From an uncultured bacterium (lineage in GTDB: Bacteria > Patescibacteriota > Microgenomatia > Levybacterales > UBA12049): a stretch of 64,000 bases of DNA. Shown piece after piece: positions 20,516-29,721 of the stretch. Location: positions 362,814 through 426,813 of the forward strand of contig CAWGXL010000010.1 in the NCBI GenBank assembly GCA_963826535.1, in the 5' to 3' direction. The notes beneath the pieces are model-generated. The model was not told the origin of the DNA. It made no database searches and saw nothing but the letters and a program-made list of their open reading frames with translations. The position numbers were made by a program, and so were the translations under genes. Every line of letters starts with the position of its first letter. Positions within the stretch are counted from its first letter, which is position 1.

Positions 20516-22072
20516 ATGAGTAAAAGACTACTTCTTATTTTACTTATTATTATTATTTTTCTAGCAGCCTTTCTTCGCCTCTATAACATATCAGCTTATA
20601 TGCAATTTCTTGGTGATGAAGGAAGAGACGTGCTTGTGGCTAAAGACATCCTCAATGGTCAGTTTACCTTACTTGGTCCCAGGTCTTCGGCCGGAGACTT
20701 TTATATGGGGCCTTTATATTATTATCTCATTACACCTTTTCTGCTACTTTTCAATTATGACCCTGTTGGGCCTGCAATCATGGTAGCGCTTTTCGGAGTT
20801 GCAACGGTTTTTCTGATCTACAAAGTTGGTAGTAAATTTTTTAATAGGGAGGCAGGACTTTTTGCAGCTGCCTTATATTCGGTTTCTCCGTTAGTTCTTG
20901 CTTACTCACATTCCTCGTGGAATCCTGACATTCTACCCTTTTTCGCTTTGTTACTAATATATACAATTTATACAACCGTCAAGGATAAAAAAACCTGGAG
21001 ATATTTTCTTTTTATTGGTATTCTACTTGGTATATGTTTACAACTTCACTACCTGTCTCTCTTTTTAGTTATTATTACAGTCATTTATATCTTAATAACC
21101 CACCAATTAACACATAGAAAAATAATTTTCCTCCCATTATTAAAAAACTATATAGGGATATTTCTAGGAACTATTATCAGTCTTTCCCCTCTTATTCTTT
21201 TCGAATTACGACACAATTTCCTCAATTCAAGAGGGATTCTTAACTTTATCTTTGGTGAAACTGTAAGTTATACTGCGAACACTAATTTTTTTCTAACCGT
21301 AGCCGAAGTATTTTTCCGTATTTTCGCCCGACTTATATTCAATTTCCCACCACCTGATAAAGTCTTTCAATTCACCCAGATACATTTAACAATATGGGGT
21401 GGATTAGCACTGGTATTTGCCATAGCGTCTATATTAGTCCTATTTTTACAAAAAAATAAACTGGTATCCCTTCTATTTGGTTTGTGGCTTTTTATCAGCA
21501 TTCTGTTATTTGGATTTTACAAGAAGGAGATACATGATTACTTGTTTACATTTATTTTCCCATTGCCATTTCTACTTATAGGAAATCTTTTAAGTTATAT
21601 ATATCACTTTTCCAAACCAAAACATGCACTTTTCAAATTTATCAGTCTAATTCTTTTTACTGCTATTTTGATTGTTAACCTTCTCGACATACCTTTTCGT
21701 TATGAACCAAACAATCAAAGAGATCAAACTAAAAAAATTGCGCAATTTATAATCACTAAAGTTGAAAACAAACCACACAATTTTGCACTATTATCCGCAG
21801 GTAATTCCGACTATGCATACCGGTATTATCTGGATTTATTAGGACACCCGCCGGTTATACTGGAAAATCTAGAGAAGGATCCCCAGCGCGACACAGTTAC
21901 AGGTCAGCTCTTTATAGTCTGTGAATACCTCGAATGCAACCCCATTGGCCACCCCCTCCACGACATAGCCGCCTTCGGCCGCGCCGAAATCGCAGGAGAA
22001 TGGAATGTATCAGTAGTAAAAGTATATAAATTAATTCCCTACACTCCACCACCTGGACTTAACGAAAAATAA
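20516..22072 (+). CDS. GT-C fold membrane glycosyltransferase (ArnT/PMT family)
   Basis: 'LRLYN...FLGDEGRD', 'GPLYYYL', many TM helices; follows GT2-GtrA. Confidence 0.82.
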   Translation: MSKRLLLILLIIIIFLAAFLRLYNISAYMQFLGDEGRDVLVAKDILNGQFTLLGPRSSAGDFYMGPLYYYLITPFLLLFNYDPVGPAIMVALFGVATVFLIYKVGSKFFNREAGLFAAALYSVSPLVLAYSHSSWNPDILPFFALLLIYTIYTTVKDKKTWRYFLFIGILLGICLQLHYLSLFLVIITVIYILITHQLTHRKIIFLPLLKNYIGIFLGTIISLSPLILFELRHNFLNSRGILNFIFGETVSYTANTNFFLTVAEVFFRIFARLIFNFPPPDKVFQFTQIHLTIWGGLALVFAIASILVLFLQKNKLVSLLFGLWLFISILLFGFYKKEIHDYLFTFIFPLPFLLIGNLLSYIYHFSKPKHALFKFISLILFTAILIVNLLDIPFRYEPNNQRDQTKKIAQFIITKVENKPHNFALLSAGNSDYAYRYYLDLLGHPPVILENLEKDPQRDTVTGQLFIVCEYLECNPIGHPLHDIAAFGRAEIAGEWNVSVVKVYKLIPYTPPPGLNEK

Positions 22073-22082
22073 TAGGAGATTA

Positions 22083-22870
22083 TTACTTAATAGCTTTTAA
22101 AGAAAACAATAGGGGTACTTGGATCTTTTTGTTTTTCATGACATATTGTCCCTTTTCATTTTTCTCCATAAATCCGGGAAACTGATCATACATGGAGAAC
22201 GGAAATTCATGGAAAAATTCTATTTTTAAATTTTCACTTAGTAATGAATTTATGAGATCTCCAATAGTATAATTCCACAAATATGTATTACCTTTAATGT
22301 TGGCGTTCCAATCAGCATATGTACCGGTTGAATCATCAATGTCCGGCCCTTTTTTAAAATATTTATATTGAATTTTGAAATCGCTAGTCAGTATATTCGT
22401 GAATGGATGAAGTTCTACAATATAAAAAGTGCCACCGTCTTTGAGGTAATGATTTATTAATTTTGCCCATTTCTTAATATTTGAAATCCATATTAGAACA
22501 CCGTAAGACGCAAATATAATATCAAATTGCTTATTAAGTTTTTTTGGAAGCTCATTGATATCTGCACATATAAATTTAGCTGGTGCTTTTATTTCACGGC
22601 TTAATTTTTTAGCTAGCTTAATTGATCGTCAGAAATATCTACACCAGTAACTATAGCCCCTTCTCTCGCCCAAGATAAAGTGTCCATACCGAAATGACAC
22701 ATAAGATGCAAAAGAGATTTGCCATTCACACCAGCCAATTCCTCAACCTCTATAGACTGCAGACTGGATTGTCCATTTTTGAATCCGGTTAGATCATAGA
22801 GTTGAGAGTTTGCATGAATCGATGTAGCATCATTCCACCACTTTTTATTTACTTTCGCATAATCTTTCAT
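22083..22870 (-). pseudogene. Class I SAM-dependent methyltransferase, frameshifted near 22624
   Basis: 5' part has 'LLHLMCHFGMDTLSWAREGAIVTGVDIS'; a shifted frame continues 'IKLAKKLSREIKAPAKFICAD...FDIIFASYGVLIWI...LKDGGTFYIVELHPF' into the 22083-22280 ORF. Confidence 0.8.
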
Positions 22871-22913
22871 TACAAAAAAGTATAACAGAATATTTCTATC
22901 AGCGCGAGATTGT

Positions 22914-23495
22914 TTAATTTAAAGCTTTAGCGATTTGGTGAATTTTATTTAAATATCTTCTATCCCCAATACTGTGTTCTATTTGTTTAATTGAAATTAA
23001 ATATTTATCCGCCGATGTAATTTTATCAAACGTTGCGTTTACGCGTCTTATTAGAGATTTTGTTTCTTTTGCTCCATATAACATCAGAACCTGTTTTGAT
23101 TTTATTTGTTTAGCAAGAGTTGCAAATCCCAACTTTGAATAGTCTTTATATTTTCGCGATTTAACGATTCCATTTACTTTTGGCAAATCTTCCAGAAAAA
23201 AGGGGGCCAGCGAACAGAGTATCACCCCGGTCGCGTTGACTTTAGTAGAAGCAAGAAAAGCAATCATAGCTCCCAATGAAAACCCAAGTATATACTTCTT
23301 TCTCCTATTTATTTTTTTGTACTCTTTCAAAAAATATTCCGTATTTTCTGAAATAGTAGAATTTAACCACGGGATAGTAATCAAAATGGGATGATATCCT
23401 TCTCTTATGAAAATTTTAGCAATTTCTTTATAAGCTTTGAGCTTTGGCCCATGTTTATATCCGGGGATTATAAATACAGTCTTTTTCTGAAACAT
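22914..23495 (-). CDS. Alpha/beta hydrolase fold protein
   Basis: 'FIIPGY', nucleophile elbow GFSLG, C-terminal His (EHSI). Confidence 0.75.
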   Translation of the reverse strand: MFQKKTVFIIPGYKHGPKLKAYKEIAKIFIREGYHPILITIPWLNSTISENTEYFLKEYKKINRRKKYILGFSLGAMIAFLASTKVNATGVILCSLAPFFLEDLPKVNGIVKSRKYKDYSKLGFATLAKQIKSKQVLMLYGAKETKSLIRRVNATFDKITSADKYLISIKQIEHSIGDRRYLNKIHQIAKALN

Positions 23496-23550
23496 CCCAG
23501 GATTATACCAAAACTGAGCCTATATTTTCAAATGAATAGATTTTTCTCTA

Positions 23551-23579
23551 TGTAACCTCGAATCTGCATCGAGGTTACA
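23551..23579. repeat. Perfect 11-bp inverted repeat (possible terminator or operator)
   Basis: TGTAACCTCGA-7 nt-TCGAGGTTACA between two minus-strand genes. Confidence 0.6.
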
Positions 23580-23638
23580 ATCCATCTAATCGAACATAGG
23601 CTCAATTCAAAATTATTAGATTCATTCTACTGAATGAT

Positions 23639-23890
23639 TTACATGCCTTCTTTTACCTCTGTTATGTCATCTGCCAAAAGACCATGGGCTTTTTTGTGAA
23701 CCTCAACTCCTGCCTCTTTATTTGGAGCTTCAAAAAGGCAAAAAACCGCACCGCTACCTTCATTATACCAATACTTTAAATATTTAACCCCATGCTCACC
23801 TTGAACCGCAAGATCTTTTTTATGTGCCTCTGCAACTGCCTGTGCAGTTAACCCATCAACCTTTTTATGGACATCCATAAATAGTGCCAT
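23639..23890 (-). CDS. DUF4242 (SCO4226-like) protein
   Basis: 'FMDVH...AEAHKKDLAVQ...GVKYLKYW...VFCLFEAP...VHKKAHGL'; GGAGG RBS. Confidence 0.85.
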   Translation of the reverse strand: MALFMDVHKKVDGLTAQAVAEAHKKDLAVQGEHGVKYLKYWYNEGSGAVFCLFEAPNKEAGVEVHKKAHGLLADDITEVKEGM

Positions 23891-24273
23891 TTAATCCCAC
23901 CTCCTTAATTTTTCTCACCCAATATTTTTACCACAACTTTGTAAAAAATAAAGTAAAATTATTGTAATAATGAGTAACTATAATTACACACTATTTATCA
24001 CCGGGGAAGTGGTATATTTGTTTTATCTAAGGTTACTATAGGAGTTGGATTTAGATTCTATTAAACCACAATAGGAGCAGACTATTTTTAATCTTATTTC
24101 GATAAATTTAACTTATTCCTTACTTTATTCCCTCCAAGGCGTAAACCCCGGGGTTAAACAGATTCGATCACTGGAGTAAAAACTTCACGCTCATAAATGC
24201 AATACAAATATTTGGAATACTTATATGGAAAAGTTTTACATTCCCACATACAGGGAGTGTTGGCTTATTTTAA

Positions 24274-24693
24274 TTATTTTGTTCGTTCAACGTATTTCTT
24301 GAAGTTATCTGAAATTCCTTGCCAACCGCTTCTTTGCATCTCCTCCGGATTCTCATTTTCCGGATCAAATGTTACTGCAACCTTCACGCCCTCCGGCAAT
24401 TCTTTAAATTCCACCTTCACATGTCTATCATCATCAAAGTCGTATTCAATAAGCTCATGTTCCTTTAACCCGGTATATAGACCCGTAAAGTCAAATCCTT
24501 CACTCTTGTCTTTGGCCGCCATTGTAGTTTTGAATTTTCCACCAACACGCAGATCATTTTCCGCACTGGGTGCTTCCCAATCGTCTGATGCAAAAGCCCA
24601 ATGCACAATGTGTTCAGGTTTATTCCAAAATTCCCAAACCTTTGACATGGGAGCCTTCACGATAGTTTCCACTGTAATAGTTTTTTTATCCAT
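24274..24693 (-). CDS. SRPBCC/AHSA1 family protein
   Basis: 'KVWEFWNKPEHIVHWAFASDDW...DLRVGGKF...MQRSGWQGISDNFKKY'; ATG 24693 chosen. Confidence 0.88.
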   Translation of the reverse strand: MDKKTITVETIVKAPMSKVWEFWNKPEHIVHWAFASDDWEAPSAENDLRVGGKFKTTMAAKDKSEGFDFTGLYTGLKEHELIEYDFDDDRHVKVEFKELPEGVKVAVTFDPENENPEEMQRSGWQGISDNFKKYVERTK

Positions 24694-24760
24694 ATTACTT
24701 ATTATTTTATCATAATTTGTCAATGAAGAAAATTTAAGTATACTTTTTAGCATTTTCTCA

Positions 24761-24804
24761 TTGACAAGATATAATTTTCCAACTATACTTAACCCAGAAG
24801 TTAA
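24761..24804 (+). promoter_or_regulatory. sigma70 promoter with overlapping palindromic operator for the ArsR gene
   Basis: TTGACA(24761)-17-TATACT(24784); TTAAC-N6-GTTAA at 24789-24804. Confidence 0.65.
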
Positions 24805-24809
24805 CTATT

Positions 24810-25175
24810 ATGACCGCCCCACATATCCCTATCGAACTTGATAAAATTTTCGAAGCATTCGCCAATGAGCACCGCCGAGACATCGTCTACGTTCTAGCCT
24901 TTCAGCCTCATTCTATCAAGCAATTGGCCATATTGCGGGGTCTTACACTTCCTGCTATTCACAAACACATAAAAATACTTGAGGATGCAAACATGATACT
25001 TCGTAAAAAAATTGGTCAAACAAATTTTCTCACACTTAATAGAAAATCTTTACGCGGTCTACAAGATTGGCTTTTTCAATTTCACGCGTACTGGGGCAGT
25101 AATGATGCGACATTAGAAAACTATGCAAAATATTTGGAAGATAAAAAACAGAAGAAAGGAGGTGTAAAAAAATGA
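24810..25175 (+). CDS. ArsR/SmtB family transcriptional regulator
   Basis: 'LDKIFEAFANEHRRDIV...LPAIHKHIKILEDANMI'. Confidence 0.88.
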   Translation: MTAPHIPIELDKIFEAFANEHRRDIVYVLAFQPHSIKQLAILRGLTLPAIHKHIKILEDANMILRKKIGQTNFLTLNRKSLRGLQDWLFQFHAYWGSNDATLENYAKYLEDKKQKKGGVKK

Positions 25176-25501
25176 AAAAATTTATACTTGTTTACTATGG
25201 TAAAGTTAGACCCGAGGATATAAGTAAAGAAGAAATGAAAAGCACAATGGACAAATGGATGGCGTGGTTTGGCACATTTAAAGACCAGATGGTCGACGGT
25301 GGCAATCCCTTTGCTGCCGGTGCAAAATCTGTAACAGTAAAAGGCATTGAAACAATTCCCGCCGATAAGCGGCCTGCTAAAGGCTACACAATCATTAATG
25401 CAAATGACATGAATGAAGCAACAAAAATTGCTAAAGGATGTCCTGCGCTTCAAGATGATAGTGAAGGAGCTGTACGTGTCTACGAAACGCTACCAATGTA
25501 A
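25172..25501 (+). CDS. YciI/DGPF-domain protein
   Basis: 'WMAWF...VDGGNPF...GYTIINA...ATKIAKGCP...VRVYE'; ATGA overlap with the ArsR gene. Confidence 0.8.
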   Translation: MKKFILVYYGKVRPEDISKEEMKSTMDKWMAWFGTFKDQMVDGGNPFAAGAKSVTVKGIETIPADKRPAKGYTIINANDMNEATKIAKGCPALQDDSEGAVRVYETLPM

Positions 25502-25514
25502 GTTTTATTTTATG

Positions 25515-25551
25515 AAAAGAGGTATCTCCCATTCGGGGATACCTCTTTTTT
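25515..25551. terminator. Intrinsic terminator, likely bidirectional
   Basis: AAAAGAGGTATCTCC-loop-GGGGATACCTCTTTTTT between convergent genes. Confidence 0.85.
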
Positions 25552-25629
25552 GTGGGAGAAAAATCCGAATCTAAGCTATAATGATCAAACTTGATGCCCC
25601 TTCTCATTTCTGTCTATCTAGGAGTTCCA

Positions 25630-25914
25630 CTACGACCCGCTGAAAGGTGTTCCGACGATGCCAACAGCAAGTTCTATCCAAATTAGAAGAAGTGCTGCCA
25701 AGAGTGCAACTATGGCGGCTACTCTGTGGTTGATATTTTTTATCTTTCTTGACGCTAATACAAGTAAAAGCCCTGTGCCGACCAGGAGCGTTCCCATGAT
25801 TATGAAATCGGATAGATTCCATTTCACTTCGCCTGTAAACTGCATAGCCACCAATGGCACCATTAAAATAGAAGCAGTCACGACAAAAACGCTTGCTATA
25901 TCTTTGTTTTGCAT
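25630..25914 (-). CDS. Small 3-TM membrane protein
   Basis: 'PLVAMQFTGEVKWNLSDF...IWIELAVGIVGTPFSGS' reads like a conserved small membrane family. Confidence 0.7.
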   Translation of the reverse strand: MQNKDIASVFVVTASILMVPLVAMQFTGEVKWNLSDFIIMGTLLVGTGLLLVLASRKIKNINHRVAAIVALLAALLLIWIELAVGIVGTPFSGS

Positions 25915-26011
25915 ATAGATATTAGTATTTTTTGTTTTTATAGAGTCTCACCCTTTCTGTTTACTATGATACAAAAAAAGAAAGGGGGTGCAATGATTGA
26001 TAGACTTTAAG

Positions 26012-26082
26012 CTGCCGGACTTGGATTCGAACCAAGATAAGCGGATTCAGAGTCCGCTATCCTACCATTAGATGATCCGGCA
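26012..26082 (-). tRNA. tRNA-Gln (anticodon CTG), CCA not encoded
   Basis: Minus strand TGCCGGA...GCGGA-CTCTGAA-TCCGC...GGTTCGAATCC...TCCGGCAG folds as a cloverleaf. Confidence 0.95.
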
Positions 26083-26140
26083 ATTTTATGTTATTCTTCT
26101 TTGTAGGCAGGTCAATTGTACTAAAATATCCTTGAAAATG

Positions 26141-26509
26141 CTATTTGAAAAGTTCCAGAATATGAGGGATAAAAACCAATAAGCCGATGATTACGGCTCC
26201 AATAGCTGTAATAAGTACCATTCCGGATGATACATCCTTGGCTATTTTAGCTTCCAAACGATGCTCTTTTGTAATTAGATCTACCATTTTCTCCAAAGCA
26301 GTATTAATCATTTCTGTAGCAATAACAAGCAGAATCGTAAGCCCCAACAGACCCATTTCATAGGGGGTAACTGTAAGGACTATACTCGCAGCAATAACAA
26401 TCACCGCGATCAATAAATGTATAGTTAAGTTCTGATCACTACTAAATGCATGTTTAATGCCGTAAAATGCATATGTAAATGACTTTAAAAACTTTTTGCC
26501 GTTTATCAT
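26141..26509 (-). CDS. dgkA: Diacylglycerol/undecaprenol kinase family protein
   Basis: 'SFTYAFYGI', 'EMINTALEKMVD', 'AKIAKDVSSG'; ATG 26509 overlaps the upstream stop. Confidence 0.88.
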   Translation of the reverse strand: MINGKKFLKSFTYAFYGIKHAFSSDQNLTIHLLIAVIVIAASIVLTVTPYEMGLLGLTILLVIATEMINTALEKMVDLITKEHRLEAKIAKDVSSGMVLITAIGAVIIGLLVFIPHILELFK

Positions 26510-27090
26510 GGGATTATAAAAGATTTTGTTGAAAAGTAAGTGATCAATGATAACAAACAACCAACTATTCCTCCTACAACTACTTCAGGTACCGTATGTC
26601 TTTTTATTTTTACACGCGACCAGCAAATTATAGGAATTAGTAAAAGTAACAAAAGAAAATACCCTTTATAAACAAGACTCAAAGATGTTAAAAGAGTTGA
26701 AATTGTAGCTACATGTACACTAACTTTTATCTTAGTATTTATTAAAAAACCCACTACTATACCAAGCATTATCCCAATAATAGTTATAAACAATATAGGC
26801 GGACCCTGCAAAATAAATAAGCCTGCAATATACAATATTGCTAGAATAGCACAAATAAAGTATATTAGTGGCCTTTGTTTTCTGTTTGATACATCAAGGT
26901 CACTTAAAAACTTTTTCTTTACTCCCGCTAAAATCAGCATTACAAAAATAATTATAAAACCTAATGTGTATATTGTCCAAGTCCATGCAGCCTGAGTGTC
27001 TCGTGTTGTTTTTAAGACCAGAAAATAAGGAAGTATCATGAATATAAATATTGGATTTGCTATAAATGAAATAAATCGCGCAAGTGTCAT
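26506..27090 (-). CDS. PAP2-like membrane phosphatase family protein
   Basis: 'KVSVH' and 'WSRVKIKRHTVPEVVVG' PAP2-type motifs; multiple TMs. Confidence 0.7.
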   Translation of the reverse strand: MTLARFISFIANPIFIFMILPYFLVLKTTRDTQAAWTWTIYTLGFIIIFVMLILAGVKKKFLSDLDVSNRKQRPLIYFICAILAILYIAGLFILQGPPILFITIIGIMLGIVVGFLINTKIKVSVHVATISTLLTSLSLVYKGYFLLLLLLIPIICWSRVKIKRHTVPEVVVGGIVGCLLSLITYFSTKSFIIP

Positions 27091-28490
27091 ATAGTTGATA
27101 AGATTTTTTCCAGCCGTTTTTGCACTTCTTTTTTCCCAAGAATTTCTAAAGATTCGGGTAAGGGTAGTCCTTTTTCCCTACCTGTTAATATACAATATAC
27201 CACCGGCATTTTTATTTCATGTGAATTTAAAATTGATTTAAAGATGCCAAAAATAATATCTTTACTCCAGGTGTGCGTCTCATTAAATAACATATATAAA
27301 TCTTTTACTAATAACTTTTCCTTATCATTTCTAATTTTCACATCCGGAGGAGCAAAAAAATAGTCGCTCAATTTTTCAAAATCCTTTAATGTCGTCATTC
27401 TAGTTTTAACTAGAGGGATTAATTTGTCAATAACCTCCATAGCCAATCCTCCTGCCTTTGGACAAAAATCTATAACCAATTTTTTTAACTGAGAATCTGA
27501 TTTCTTCTGTATATATTGTTGATTCATCCAATTAAGTTTATTTAAGTCAAAAATAGGCGCAACCGGACGAATATCGTTTAGATCGAATAATTCTACAAAC
27601 TCTCCAAAGGAAAAAATCTCTTTTTCCTCCGGATGACTCCAGCCCAATAATGCGAGAAAATTAAGTAATGCTTCCGGTAAGTAGCCTTCCTCTTTAAACC
27701 ACAATACATTTGTATGCCCCTGCCTTTTAGACAACTTTGATTTATCCGGATTACGCAGTGTTGCAGTGTGATAAATTGGCGGCATCACCCACCCAAAATA
27801 TTTATAAAGTAAAACATGCTTTGGAGTTGACGACAACCATTCTTCAGCTCTCACAATATGACTTATTTGCATTAAATGATCATCAACTACAACTGCAAGA
27901 TGATATGTCGGGAATCCATCAGATTTTATCAATACCTGGTCTGTTATCTCACTTGTATCAAATGTTATTTTTCCCCTAATTTGATCTTTAAATATAACCT
28001 TTTCATTTTTTGGTACACGCATTCTAATGATCCAGTTTTCCCGTTTAATCATTTCGTTAATTGACGAAGGAGGAGCTTCAGCAGTTTTATGCAAAGTTAC
28101 TTTTCCATTTTGCGTATAAGATTTTTTTTGACCGGCATCTTGTTTTGGGAAAAAGCTGAAGTAAGCTTTTTCATTTTTTACTAGCTCCTCCGCATATTTA
28201 TGGTAAATCTCTAGGCGCTCCGATTGTCTATATGGACCAAATTCTCCGTTCTTGCGTGGACTCTCAACCTCTGTAAGTCCTGTCCAATCAAGCGACTGGT
28301 AAATCACATCCTCTGATCCTTCAACAAATCTATTTCTATCCGTATCTTCAATTCGCACTATGAAATGCCCACTATTCTTTTTCGCATATGCCAGATTAAA
28401 TAGGGCTTGGTAAATTGTTCCGATATGGGGAAAACCTGTTGGGCTTGGGGCGATTCTGGTTCGCACTTTTTGTGCTATCTGCTCAGTCAT
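27087..28490 (-). CDS. gltX: Glutamate--tRNA ligase
   Basis: RIAPSPTGFPHIG, RIEDTD, PYRQSER, YHLAVVVDDH, KLSKR. Confidence 0.97.
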   Translation of the reverse strand: MTEQIAQKVRTRIAPSPTGFPHIGTIYQALFNLAYAKKNSGHFIVRIEDTDRNRFVEGSEDVIYQSLDWTGLTEVESPRKNGEFGPYRQSERLEIYHKYAEELVKNEKAYFSFFPKQDAGQKKSYTQNGKVTLHKTAEAPPSSINEMIKRENWIIRMRVPKNEKVIFKDQIRGKITFDTSEITDQVLIKSDGFPTYHLAVVVDDHLMQISHIVRAEEWLSSTPKHVLLYKYFGWVMPPIYHTATLRNPDKSKLSKRQGHTNVLWFKEEGYLPEALLNFLALLGWSHPEEKEIFSFGEFVELFDLNDIRPVAPIFDLNKLNWMNQQYIQKKSDSQLKKLVIDFCPKAGGLAMEVIDKLIPLVKTRMTTLKDFEKLSDYFFAPPDVKIRNDKEKLLVKDLYMLFNETHTWSKDIIFGIFKSILNSHEIKMPVVYCILTGREKGLPLPESLEILGKKEVQKRLEKILSTI

Positions 28491-28551
28491 AATTAAACCT
28501 GGTCTTGTGCCTCTCTTGCATTGTACTTCATATTTTCTTTATACTCAAGAT

Positions 28552-29721
28552 ATGAGTCTGCATGAGACAACAGAGTTGGTTAAGAAAACAGGAATAGGCA
28601 GCGCAATAGGAATCGCAGGTATTGTTTTCATTGTCATTTTAATTCGCGTTGGAATAATGGTAAAAAATTATTATTTTCCACCAAAAGTAGATCCTCCTAC
28701 ACAAGTCTATGGTCTGCTTCCTTCATTACAATTTCCGCAAAACGTAGTGGATTCCAATTTTACCTATACCCTTCAGACGACAACAGGAGAATTGCCTACC
28801 GATTTGCCTGACCGATTAAGCATTTTCCCGGTAATTCATAACGCACCAAATTTCCTTAATTTGGATAAAGTAAAAGCAAAAGTAAATGCACTTGATTTTA
28901 CCTCACCGGATGGACAAACTGCCGTGCCGGAAATTCAACTAACTAATCCTTATTATGAATGGGATGAGTTAAAAGGTTATAATAGGAAGATAATTTTCAA
29001 TATTAATTCATATGATTTTAAAATGACAAGCGATTATTTGTCATCTTTAAAAGTAATTTCAGCCAATTATATATCTAATGAGTTAAGCGCTATAGAAACA
29101 GCTCAGGAATTTTTAGCCACGGCTGGATTAACGCCAAAAGATATTGATCTAAAAAAAACAAATTCTATAAATAATTCTGCTAGTTTTGTGACTTTCCCAC
29201 AATTATTTTCAGTACAATCCGGAATACAAGGCAATACTCTTGTAAAAACTACCAGCCTATCAAAAGCACATGTTATCCGTGTCGATTTTTACCAAAAGGA
29301 TGTAGAGTATGAAATGAACACAGGAGAAGCAGCAGAATTTAAGCCAAAAATTAATCTAAAGTTACCCATCCTCTATCCCAACCCCCCTAACTCTACCATG
29401 AATCTTTGGGTAGCTTCCGGTCCTTCAAAAGCAATCGTAACACAAGCATTCTTTACTCATCAAAGTGTTAAGCTTGATGACGTTACCGCTACTTATCGAA
29501 TAAAAACCCCAAGCGTTGCTTTTTCTGAAGTTAAAGACGGATCATCTTACATAGCGGCTTATTCCGGAACCGATAATAATATACTTATTAAAAACGTATT
29601 TTTAGCATATTATCTTGGCGAAGATCCTCAGGACTATTTAATGCCGGTTTATGTTTTTGAGGGAAATAATGGATTTTTTGCATATGTATCCGCAGTAGCA
29701 GATAACCAAATTCAGAAATAA
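28552..29721 (+). CDS. Conserved hypothetical membrane-anchored extracytoplasmic protein
   Basis: N-terminal TM, C-terminal 'LAYYLGEDPQDYLMPVYVFEG...AYVSAV'; TATACT 6 nt before ATG 28552. Confidence 0.7.
   Translation: MSLHETTELVKKTGIGSAIGIAGIVFIVILIRVGIMVKNYYFPPKVDPPTQVYGLLPSLQFPQNVVDSNFTYTLQTTTGELPTDLPDRLSIFPVIHNAPNFLNLDKVKAKVNALDFTSPDGQTAVPEIQLTNPYYEWDELKGYNRKIIFNINSYDFKMTSDYLSSLKVISANYISNELSAIETAQEFLATAGLTPKDIDLKKTNSINNSASFVTFPQLFSVQSGIQGNTLVKTTSLSKAHVIRVDFYQKDVEYEMNTGEAAEFKPKINLKLPILYPNPPNSTMNLWVASGPSKAIVTQAFFTHQSVKLDDVTATYRIKTPSVAFSEVKDGSSYIAAYSGTDNNILIKNVFLAYYLGEDPQDYLMPVYVFEGNNGFFAYVSAVADNQIQK

Noticed and set aside
24197-24715. 172-aa plus-strand ORF
   Set aside because: Antisense to a clear SRPBCC gene, with no motif of its own.
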